64,000 nt of DNA from Rikenellaceae bacterium. GTDB lineage: Bacteria > Bacteroidota > Bacteroidia > Bacteroidales > Rikenellaceae. This document shows positions 57,042 to 64,000 of the stretch, one piece after another. The stretch lies in contig JAZLBP010000010.1 in assembly GCA_045613745.1 (NCBI GenBank), forward strand, positions 87,136 through 151,135. Reading direction: 5' to 3'. Position 1 is the stretch's first letter. Each line of letters opens with the position of its first letter. A program made the position numbers and the translations under genes. The notes under the pieces were generated by a model. That model was not told the origin of the DNA, searched no databases, and saw only the letters and a list, made by a program, of their open reading frames with translations.

Positions 57042-57201
57042 CTCTCGAAAGAGTCGCACCCCCCTGGCCGAGTACACTACTCAGTTTTATATATCCCCAG
57101 TTTTCGGAGTGGGAGGTTTCGGTCGGATTATTATTTGTTGGTCGAGGACCCGATTAGAGTTGGTCGGGTCCTCCTTTTTTGCATATTAAAGAGCATAATT
57201 A

Positions 57202-57209
57202 TATCTTTG
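57202..57209 (+). promoter_or_regulatory. -7 box TATCTTTG only 4 nt upstream of the OMP start codon
   Basis: The TAnnTTTG match implies a leaderless or near-leaderless mRNA if it is used. Confidence 0.35.
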
Positions 57210-57213
57210 CTGA

Positions 57214-60210
57214 ATGAAAAAGATTTTCTTGACACTTATCTTCGCCGCGACAACGCTGATTGCTGTGGCTCAAAGCGGTAGCATTACCGGTAGAATCATT
57301 GACTCCACAACAAGCGAGGCAATCCTCGGTGCTGTGGTTGAGGTGGTTAATGCAAAGGACTCATCAAGCGTCAAAGTTGTGGCTTCGGGCCTCGAAGGAC
57401 GCTTCTCGACTTCGGGAGTGCCCTCGGGTGACTATATGCTGAGAGTAAGATACCTCGGCTACAAATCGCCCGACCTGCAATTCAAGGTCGAAAAGGGCAA
57501 AGCCGAGCTGGGCGATGTAAAACTCGTTCAGGGTATTGCCATCGAGACCGTTGTCAAGGAGGTTGAGGCACTGCGTACCACCCAGAATGGCGACACGCTG
57601 ATTTATAATGCCGACGCGTTCAAGGTAGCCCAAGACGCAACCGTCGAGGGTCTGCTCAAAAAGATGCCCGGTGTTGAGGTGTCGGATGGCGAGGTAAAAG
57701 CACAAGGCGAGACCATCAAGAAGATTCTGGTGGATGGCAAGGAGTTCTATGGCGAGGATGTCAAGAGTGCTATTTCGACCCTGCCTGCCGAGGCTGTCAA
57801 GAACATCGAGGTATTCAACAAGTTGAGCGACAACGCCGAGTTTACCAAACAGGACGACGGCGAGAGCTATAAGGCTATCAATATCGTAACAAAAATCAAC
57901 GTCCGCAAAGGTCAATATGGCCAATTCTCGGGATTGTATGCCCTCGGACTCGGCGCCCAAAACAAGTGGGAGAACTACTTTATGGGCGGTGGTTACATCA
58001 ACATCAACAACAATGACGCCCGTATCAGCATCAATGGTATGGCCAACAATATGAACGTTCGTCGTTACAACGAGAACGACCTGCTGGGTGCTGTGACTGC
58101 AAGCGGCGGTAGCGGTGGTGTGGCCCACACCGCCAACATCGGCGCCAACTATAGCGACACTTGGGGCAAAAAGGATCAGGTTGAGTTCTCGGGTAGCTAT
58201 GGCTTCAACATCAGCAACACCAACAACGAGCGCATTACCGACCGCGACTACTTCTCGGACTCGGTGACTCAAAACCTTTACAGCAAACTCTATCAGGTAA
58301 ATACCTCTACGTCGCGCAACTACAACCACAACCTGAACGCCAACATCCGAGCTAAATTTGGCCAAAAGGCTCAACTGCGCGTACGCCCCTCGTTCGGCTA
58401 TCAATACAACTCGTCGGCAGGTGCAACAACTTCGACCTACACCCCGACTCAAAGTGTTGACAGGTTGGTACAAGAGATTCTCAACAGCCACAACAACCGA
58501 CTCAGCTCGGGTTGGAACTCGGGATTGAACGTGAACTACAACCAAAAAATCACCGACAAACCCGGCCGCGCGCTGAACGTGAACTTCAACGGCTCGTACT
58601 CGCGCAACAATGGCGATGGCAACTCGCTGTCGCAAACCGAAAACCTGCCCGACAGCGTAGGTATGGACTCGCCGCTGTATGGCGACTTCTTCAAGAACCA
58701 AGATTGGTTGCAAAACTCCTACAATTACAGCATTCGCGGAGGCGCGACCTACACCGAGCCTTTGAGCAAGGAGATGTCGCTGAGCGTGAACTACGAAGTG
58801 CAATATCGCTACTCGGATGCCGACAAGAAGACCTACTTGGGTGAGTGGAATCCCACCGACTCGACTTGGACTTATATGGTTGATTTCGATCCGCAATACT
58901 CGAACACCCAAAACAGCGGCTACCTGATTAACCGCATTGGCCCCGGCTTCAACTACTCGAAGAGCGGTACCAACATCAACCTGCGTGTGTACTACCAAAA
59001 CGCAGTATTGAGTGGCGAGCGTCAATTCCCCCAAGAGGTGCACTTCTCGCCCCGTTCGTTCAACGATGTGACCTACTCGGCAAACTTCCGCATCAAGATC
59101 GACAACACCAATAGCGTCCGCATCCGCGTAAACTCATCGACCTCGAACCCCTCGATTACCAACCTGCAAGATGTTGTGGACATCTCGAACGTACAAGCAG
59201 TGAGCTGCGGTAACTCGGCGCTCAAACCCTCGTACTCGCACAATATGTTCACGCACTACATCCGCTCGAACATCGAGAAAGGTCGTACATTTATGATTGG
59301 TGGAGGTTTCAACATCACTCAAAACAGTATCGTAAACCAAGTGATTCGCAACTCGCCCGGCTACGAAGTTAAAGACCCCATCACAGGTCAGCCTCTGGCC
59401 AAACTGTCGAGCACCGCAACCTTCTCGTCGCCCATCAATATGGATGGCAACTGGAGTGTGAACGGTATGATTAGCTATGGTATGCCGTTGTCGTTTATGA
59501 AGTGCAACCTCAACATGTCGGCCAACGTAAGCTACCGCCAATCGCCCACCGTAACCGGTGTGATGACCGATGCGGCAACCCAACACGTTGAGTACACAAC
59601 CAATATTTCGAAAAACCTCAGTCCCGGCGGTAACATTACCATCGGTAGCAACATCAGCGAAAATGTGGACTTCTTTGTAGGTTATCGCGCCAACTACAAC
59701 CACGTTCGCAACACCTTCAACCTGAGAAACAACAACGACTACCTGAGCCACTCGGCGTGGGGTAATGTCAAGGTTATTCTGCCGCTCGGATTCACCATTG
59801 CGTCGGATGTCACCTACACCCAAAACTTCGGCTTGAAGGGCAGTGACTTTGATGTAGCCTACACAATGTGGAATATCAGCATTGGTAAGAAAATCTTCCG
59901 CAACAATCGTGGCGAGGTCAACCTGTTTATGAACGACATCCTCGACCAAAACCGCAGTTTCCAACGTCAATGGAACTCGCTCTATATGCAGAACGTAACC
60001 AACACTTCGATTGGTCGTTACGTTGGTATCAGCCTGACCTACAACCTGCGTAACTACGGCAGCAAAGAGGAGCGCGAAAATATGCGCGGCAACTTTGAGA
60101 GTCTGCGTGACGGACGTCCCGAAGGTATGCCCGCGCCTCCCGCAGGAATGATGCGTGGCGGTTTCGGCGGACCTCCTCCCGGAGGCTTCGGCGGCGGTCG
60201 TCCGATGTAA
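57214..60210 (+). CDS. Outer-membrane beta-barrel protein with an N-terminal CarboxypepD_reg-like domain and plug-like region (TonB-dependent-receptor-like)
   Basis: Signal peptide, then GSITGRIIDSTTSEAILGAVVEV. 998 aa with alternating beta-strand patterns and the C-terminal tail ...GMPAPPAGMMRGGFGGPPPGGFGGGRPM. Confidence 0.8.
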   Translation: MKKIFLTLIFAATTLIAVAQSGSITGRIIDSTTSEAILGAVVEVVNAKDSSSVKVVASGLEGRFSTSGVPSGDYMLRVRYLGYKSPDLQFKVEKGKAELGDVKLVQGIAIETVVKEVEALRTTQNGDTLIYNADAFKVAQDATVEGLLKKMPGVEVSDGEVKAQGETIKKILVDGKEFYGEDVKSAISTLPAEAVKNIEVFNKLSDNAEFTKQDDGESYKAINIVTKINVRKGQYGQFSGLYALGLGAQNKWENYFMGGGYININNNDARISINGMANNMNVRRYNENDLLGAVTASGGSGGVAHTANIGANYSDTWGKKDQVEFSGSYGFNISNTNNERITDRDYFSDSVTQNLYSKLYQVNTSTSRNYNHNLNANIRAKFGQKAQLRVRPSFGYQYNSSAGATTSTYTPTQSVDRLVQEILNSHNNRLSSGWNSGLNVNYNQKITDKPGRALNVNFNGSYSRNNGDGNSLSQTENLPDSVGMDSPLYGDFFKNQDWLQNSYNYSIRGGATYTEPLSKEMSLSVNYEVQYRYSDADKKTYLGEWNPTDSTWTYMVDFDPQYSNTQNSGYLINRIGPGFNYSKSGTNINLRVYYQNAVLSGERQFPQEVHFSPRSFNDVTYSANFRIKIDNTNSVRIRVNSSTSNPSITNLQDVVDISNVQAVSCGNSALKPSYSHNMFTHYIRSNIEKGRTFMIGGGFNITQNSIVNQVIRNSPGYEVKDPITGQPLAKLSSTATFSSPINMDGNWSVNGMISYGMPLSFMKCNLNMSANVSYRQSPTVTGVMTDAATQHVEYTTNISKNLSPGGNITIGSNISENVDFFVGYRANYNHVRNTFNLRNNNDYLSHSAWGNVKVILPLGFTIASDVTYTQNFGLKGSDFDVAYTMWNISIGKKIFRNNRGEVNLFMNDILDQNRSFQRQWNSLYMQNVTNTSIGRYVGISLTYNLRNYGSKEERENMRGNFESLRDGRPEGMPAPPAGMMRGGFGGPPPGGFGGGRPM

Positions 60211-60291
60211 TAATACAAAACAAACGAAATAATAAGGGGGCTTCGGCCCCTTTATTCGTTGTAGAAAGCGAGGTAATATCAAAAAGTTTTG

Positions 60292-60299
60292 TATATTTG
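60292..60299 (+). promoter_or_regulatory. -7 box TATATTTG, about 230 nt upstream of the flavoprotein gene
   Basis: The TAnnTTTG match predicts a long structured leader. Confidence 0.4.
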
Positions 60300-60531
60300 C
60301 GTAATATATAGGCGTATTGTGGCCATTAAAAAGCGCTCCGCAACAGCCTTAATAATGGATTTGGTCTTAAAACTCGTTCGGAGCCGTAGGCGACAAAGTC
60401 CCCTCCGAGGAGGGGATTTAGGGGAGGGTCAGACTTACTGACGCGGCGGTGCGCCGCGAAACCTCCGCCTAAAACAGAACCAAGGTTTTTGAGTGAAGTA
60501 AAGCAAACGCCAAAGAAAAAAGTTTTTGATT

Positions 60532-61788
60532 ATGTACGATTTGGTTGTAATAGGCGGCGGTGCCGCAGGTATGATGGCAGCAGGATGGGCCGCAAAGAAT
60601 GGCTCAAAGGTGTTGCTTATCGAAAAAATGGAGAAACTCGGACGCAAGGTGCGTATCAGCGGCAAGGGACGATGCAACATCACCAACAGTTGCACACCCG
60701 AGGAGTTCGTTGAGCGTCTGCGCACGGGCAAAGAGTTCTTCCGTCCCGCATTCAAGGCCTTCAACAACCGCTCGGCTGTGCGTTTCTTCGAACGTATGGG
60801 CGTGCGCACCGTCGAGGAGCAAGGTGGTCGTATCTTCCCCAAAAGCGGCAACGCGTGGGATGTGGCCGATGCGCTGATGTACTGGTGCCGCGACAACGAG
60901 GTCGAAATCCAACTCAACACCAAAGTAACAAACATTTTGACCGCCGCAAACACAATCTACGGCGTGGAATTCGAGAATAAACGAGGATTCAAGCGCAGAG
61001 TTGAGACCCGCAACGTAGTTATCGCAACGGGTGGTGTGACCTATCCGCTGACAGGCTCGACAGGTGACGGCTACGATTTTGCCGACCGCGCAGGACACTC
61101 CATCGTACCCCTGCGTCCGTCGCTTGTGCCCCTTGTGCCCGACGTCAAGGACATCGACCTGCTGGTAGGTCTCAAACTCAAAAACGTAAACGTAGAGCTG
61201 ATTGTCAATGGCAAGAGTACCGCTGCGGAGTTTGGCGAGATGAGTTTCTCGGCTCGTGGAGTTGAGGGTGCTGTGGTGTTGCGACTGAGCCGCGACGCTG
61301 TGGATGCGCTGTGCGACGACAAGAAGGTGGCACTCAAAATCGACCTCAAACCCGCCCTCACACCCGAAATCATCAAGGCACGCATTGAACGCGAACGTGG
61401 CGATATGGCCGACGACGCATTCTTCGGCGATTTGTTGCGCCGACTCGCTCCGCCCCAACTTGTGGTATATATCGCAGGATGGCTGGGTATTCCCACCACA
61501 ACATATCTTTCGAAAATCACCGACAAGCAAGTGGATATGCTTATCGACACGCTCAAATGTCTGGTGATTCCGATTGCCGACTTCCGCCCGATGAGCGAAG
61601 CTATCGTTACGGCCGGCGGTGTGTCGCTCGACGAGGTTGACCCCGAGTCGATGCAGTCGCTCAAAGTCAAAGGATTATACTTCGCCGGCGAGGTGCTCGA
61701 CCTTGACGGCAACACAGGAGGTTTCAATCTCCAAATAGCATTCTCGACGGGATATCTCGCCGGACAACTTAAAACCAGAAGCCTATGA
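60532..61788 (+). CDS. HI0933/BaiN-family NAD(P)/FAD-dependent oxidoreductase
   Basis: YDLVVIGGGAAGMMAA...ISGKGRCNITN and the C-terminal GGFNLQIAFSTG. Start set at the ATG at 60532. Confidence 0.85.
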   Translation: MYDLVVIGGGAAGMMAAGWAAKNGSKVLLIEKMEKLGRKVRISGKGRCNITNSCTPEEFVERLRTGKEFFRPAFKAFNNRSAVRFFERMGVRTVEEQGGRIFPKSGNAWDVADALMYWCRDNEVEIQLNTKVTNILTAANTIYGVEFENKRGFKRRVETRNVVIATGGVTYPLTGSTGDGYDFADRAGHSIVPLRPSLVPLVPDVKDIDLLVGLKLKNVNVELIVNGKSTAAEFGEMSFSARGVEGAVVLRLSRDAVDALCDDKKVALKIDLKPALTPEIIKARIERERGDMADDAFFGDLLRRLAPPQLVVYIAGWLGIPTTTYLSKITDKQVDMLIDTLKCLVIPIADFRPMSEAIVTAGGVSLDEVDPESMQSLKVKGLYFAGEVLDLDGNTGGFNLQIAFSTGYLAGQLKTRSL

Positions 61789-62330
61789 AAAGACCCAAAA
61801 ACATCCGCCGCAATGTGATGCGTGGGTACTACTTTGTGCGTAATATGATGCGCGTCAAACACTATCGAGGTTATGGCGTGCACTCGCCCTTTGTCTATGG
61901 CCTTGTGCGCAACTCGGTAATGATGAAAACATCGATTGTGGGCGATGATTGCACAGTCTTCAACGACTTGTGCGAAATCGGAGTGCCCCAAAAGCGCGCC
62001 ATCCAACTGCAAAATATGTTCAACTGGGCGGGCTATAAAAGCGCAGTCTATCTGACAAGCACCGACAGCAAGGTGGAGGTCTCGGAACTCAACGACCGCA
62101 CAGTGTGCTTTGTGACTCCCGACTACCCGATGGAACAAACCCTCAAACTGTGTGCTACCTGCGCCGAGAGCGAGGCTGTGCTGTGCATCCTGAAGCCCTA
62201 TGACTCGCGCCTGCGTTCGAAGGCTTGCCTCGACATCATCCGCACACACAAACACACAAGCGTGGACAACCGTGGTTTCCTACTGCTGTTCTTCAATCCG
62301 CGCCACCCCAAACAACACTTCAAGTTGTAG
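61785..62330 (+). CDS. Hypothetical protein (181 aa)
   Basis: ATGA overlap with the upstream flavoprotein gene. No family confidently recognised. Confidence 0.55.
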   Translation: MKRPKNIRRNVMRGYYFVRNMMRVKHYRGYGVHSPFVYGLVRNSVMMKTSIVGDDCTVFNDLCEIGVPQKRAIQLQNMFNWAGYKSAVYLTSTDSKVEVSELNDRTVCFVTPDYPMEQTLKLCATCAESEAVLCILKPYDSRLRSKACLDIIRTHKHTSVDNRGFLLLFFNPRHPKQHFKL

Positions 62331-62336
62331 CAGACT

Positions 62337-62885
62337 ATGGCAATCTACACCAAAACAGGCGACAAGGGCACAACCGCGCTTATTGGCGGCGAACGTGTAG
62401 CCAAATTCGACCTCCGCGTGGAGGCCTATGGCACAGTTGATGAGCTGCAAGCGCAGATGGCTCTGCTGGGAGATATGGTCGAGGAACACCTCGCCGACTC
62501 GCCCACAAGGGAGTGGATTGAGCGCATCGTGTGCGAACTTATGACCGTCGAGAGCCTGCTGGCCCAAGGCGAGGGAGTTAATTATATCGCTCCGCTGGGT
62601 GCCGAGAGTGTGGCTCGTTTGGAGCAACAAATTGACTATATGACCGAACGCCTGCCCCGCATCGACAAGTTTACCGTGCCGGGTGGAAATGTGGCCTGCT
62701 CGCAGTGTCACGTTGTGCGTACGGTGTGCCGCCGAGCCGAGCGACGCGCTGTGGAGGCTGCCGAGGTGCACCATATCAACGAGAGCGCGCTGATCTACCT
62801 GAACCGCCTTTCGGATTGGCTGTATGCCTTTGGCCGCTATCTGTATGTGTGTTTAGGAGTTGCCGAGAAGTTGTGGATTCCGTAA
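62337..62885 (+). CDS. ATP:cob(I)alamin adenosyltransferase, PduO type
   Basis: MAIYTKTGDKGTT...RVEAYGTVDEL and FTVPGG motifs. Confidence 0.88.
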   Translation: MAIYTKTGDKGTTALIGGERVAKFDLRVEAYGTVDELQAQMALLGDMVEEHLADSPTREWIERIVCELMTVESLLAQGEGVNYIAPLGAESVARLEQQIDYMTERLPRIDKFTVPGGNVACSQCHVVRTVCRRAERRAVEAAEVHHINESALIYLNRLSDWLYAFGRYLYVCLGVAEKLWIP

Positions 62886-62936
62886 GGGTTCGAAGCAAAA
62901 AAGAGGTGTAATTATTGATTTTTAGATATTTTTTAA

Positions 62937-62944
62937 TACTTTTG
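62937..62944 (+). promoter_or_regulatory. -7 box TACTTTTG inside a ~37-bp palindrome upstream of the DUF2795 gene
   Basis: TAnnTTTG match. The palindrome spans 62933-62971. Confidence 0.4.
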
Positions 62945-62991
62945 CGCTTTCGAAACGCGACAAAGTATTAATAATTAATTGAAATAGAACT

Positions 62992-63213
62992 ATGTACTGG
63001 ACATTGGAACTTGCATCGAAATTGGAGGATGCACCCTGGCCCGCAACCAAAGAGGAGCTGATTGACTATGCTGAGCGTACCGGCGCTCCCCTCGAAGTAA
63101 TCGAGAACTTGGAGGAGATCGAGGACGAAGGCGATATCTACGAGAGCATCGAAGACATCTGGCCCGACTACCCCAGCAAAGACGACTTCCTGTTTAACGA
63201 AGAGGAGTATTAG
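62992..63213 (+). CDS. DUF2795-like small acidic protein
   Basis: 73 aa. DAPWPATKEELIDYAERTGAP...VIENLEEI motif. Confidence 0.7.
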   Translation: MYWTLELASKLEDAPWPATKEELIDYAERTGAPLEVIENLEEIEDEGDIYESIEDIWPDYPSKDDFLFNEEEY

Positions 63214-63401
63214 TAGTTTTTATCAGTCAGCACACTGGTAATCAAAAAGAGAAACAAGCACTTGCTTGTTTCTCTTTTTTTTTGTTGCAGTTGTCTTTTG
63301 TGAGGAGTGGGTTGTTTGACAAAAAATCACTATCTTCGTTGTAGCCAACACGAGGCAGAGGCCGCGCGGAGGATTGGGGATAATTTAAGCAATTTGCAGG
63401 T

Positions 63402-63833
63402 ATGACGATAACCAAGGAACTGTTGAAAGAGCTGTATCAAGAGTATAATGCCAAATATTTTGACAACCAGTTAGGCAAGTGCGAGTTCTCGTTCTTCTCT
63501 AAAAACATAACACACTTAGGGTGGTATTGCGCCAAAGAGGATAAGAAAGGACGAGCAAAAGATAAAATTTGGATTGGAACATGCATCTATTGGGATGAGG
63601 AGATACTCAAACGCATATTGATTCACGAGATGATTCATATGTATGTCCACCGCGTCGAGGGGCACAAATACGACGGTCTGTTGGGTCACGGCAGGCGTTT
63701 CAGAAGGCAATGCAAGCGCATTAGAGAGCAATACGGCATCGAGACACTGAAACTGCCCAAGGTGGAGTTCATAAACAAAAAGCACGAGCCCAAATTATGG
63801 GAGCGAGTTGTGTTATGGATAATCGATAGATAG
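63402..63833 (+). CDS. SprT-like zinc metallopeptidase domain protein (low GC)
   Basis: ELYQEYNAKYFDNQL and LIHEMIHMYV (HExxH). By-eye GC is about 37-40%. Confidence 0.7.
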   Translation: MTITKELLKELYQEYNAKYFDNQLGKCEFSFFSKNITHLGWYCAKEDKKGRAKDKIWIGTCIYWDEEILKRILIHEMIHMYVHRVEGHKYDGLLGHGRRFRRQCKRIREQYGIETLKLPKVEFINKKHEPKLWERVVLWIIDR

Positions 63834-64000
63834 CCAAGGGAACAACCATCAGGCGATTACCCACGCCCAAGGCAATAGTAAAAAAAAGAGCTTGTCCGAA
63901 GTGGACAAGCTCTTTGTGGTTGGGGCGATGCGGCGTGCACGGCCCCGTATGCCTAATGCAAATTGGTTACACGAAGGGGAATTTAACCACCTCGGCTTTG

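Noticed and set aside
56376-57077. A 233-aa minus-strand ORF opposite the His-rich gene, and the possibility that the 12-nt periodic region is a CRISPR or other non-coding tandem repeat.
   Set aside because: The minus-strand product is Cys/Arg/Val junk without a start context. The plus-strand ORF has a signal peptide and an in-frame repeat. The periodicity is 12 nt with no spacers, so it is not CRISPR-like.

Overview
This 64-kb chromosomal segment looks like a GC-rich Bacteroidales genome. That placement is an inference from a fused FeoA-FeoB, TAnnTTTG -7 boxes ahead of many genes, many lipoproteins and outer-membrane proteins, RpoN, and an LptF/G-family permease. I call about 62 CDS and 3 tRNAs (Pro-TGG, Leu-TAA, Met-CAT). 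Most genes are housekeeping: rnhA, ppa, purE, hpt, queE, lepA, rlmH, asnS, rpoN, rnpA/yidD, mtaB, ribBA, fmt, trkH, floA/nfeD, feoAB, mrcA, asd, ispD. I saw no transposase, integrase, CRISPR array or recognisable defence system. Many long ORFs in the six-frame track are antisense artefacts of GC3-rich genes.

Items worth a second look:
1. A translationally coupled radical-SAM/SPASM enzyme plus a Cys-cluster membrane/lipoprotein partner of unknown function (8729-10310).
2. A ~120-nt structured repeat present four times (plus one degenerate copy). It always sits between a stop codon and the intrinsic terminator, shows compensatory base changes, and has copy-specific outer arms.
3. A 5-alpha-reductase / OYE flavoreductase / SDR / HAD operon resembling Bacteroidales bile-acid (isoallo-LCA type) clusters.
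4. A LytS-type histidine kinase whose predicted periplasmic loop resembles the Rho N-terminal OB-fold RNA-binding domain.
5. A His-rich tetrapeptide-repeat periplasmic protein next to a large OM barrel with a Gly/Pro/Met tail.
6. A truncated GH2-like protein lacking catalytic residues.
7. An odd tRNA-Met locus with tandem duplicated 3'-end/terminator/box units.
8. Several smaller candidate regulatory RNAs and operators.

All family assignments come from motif recognition by eye. No searches were run.
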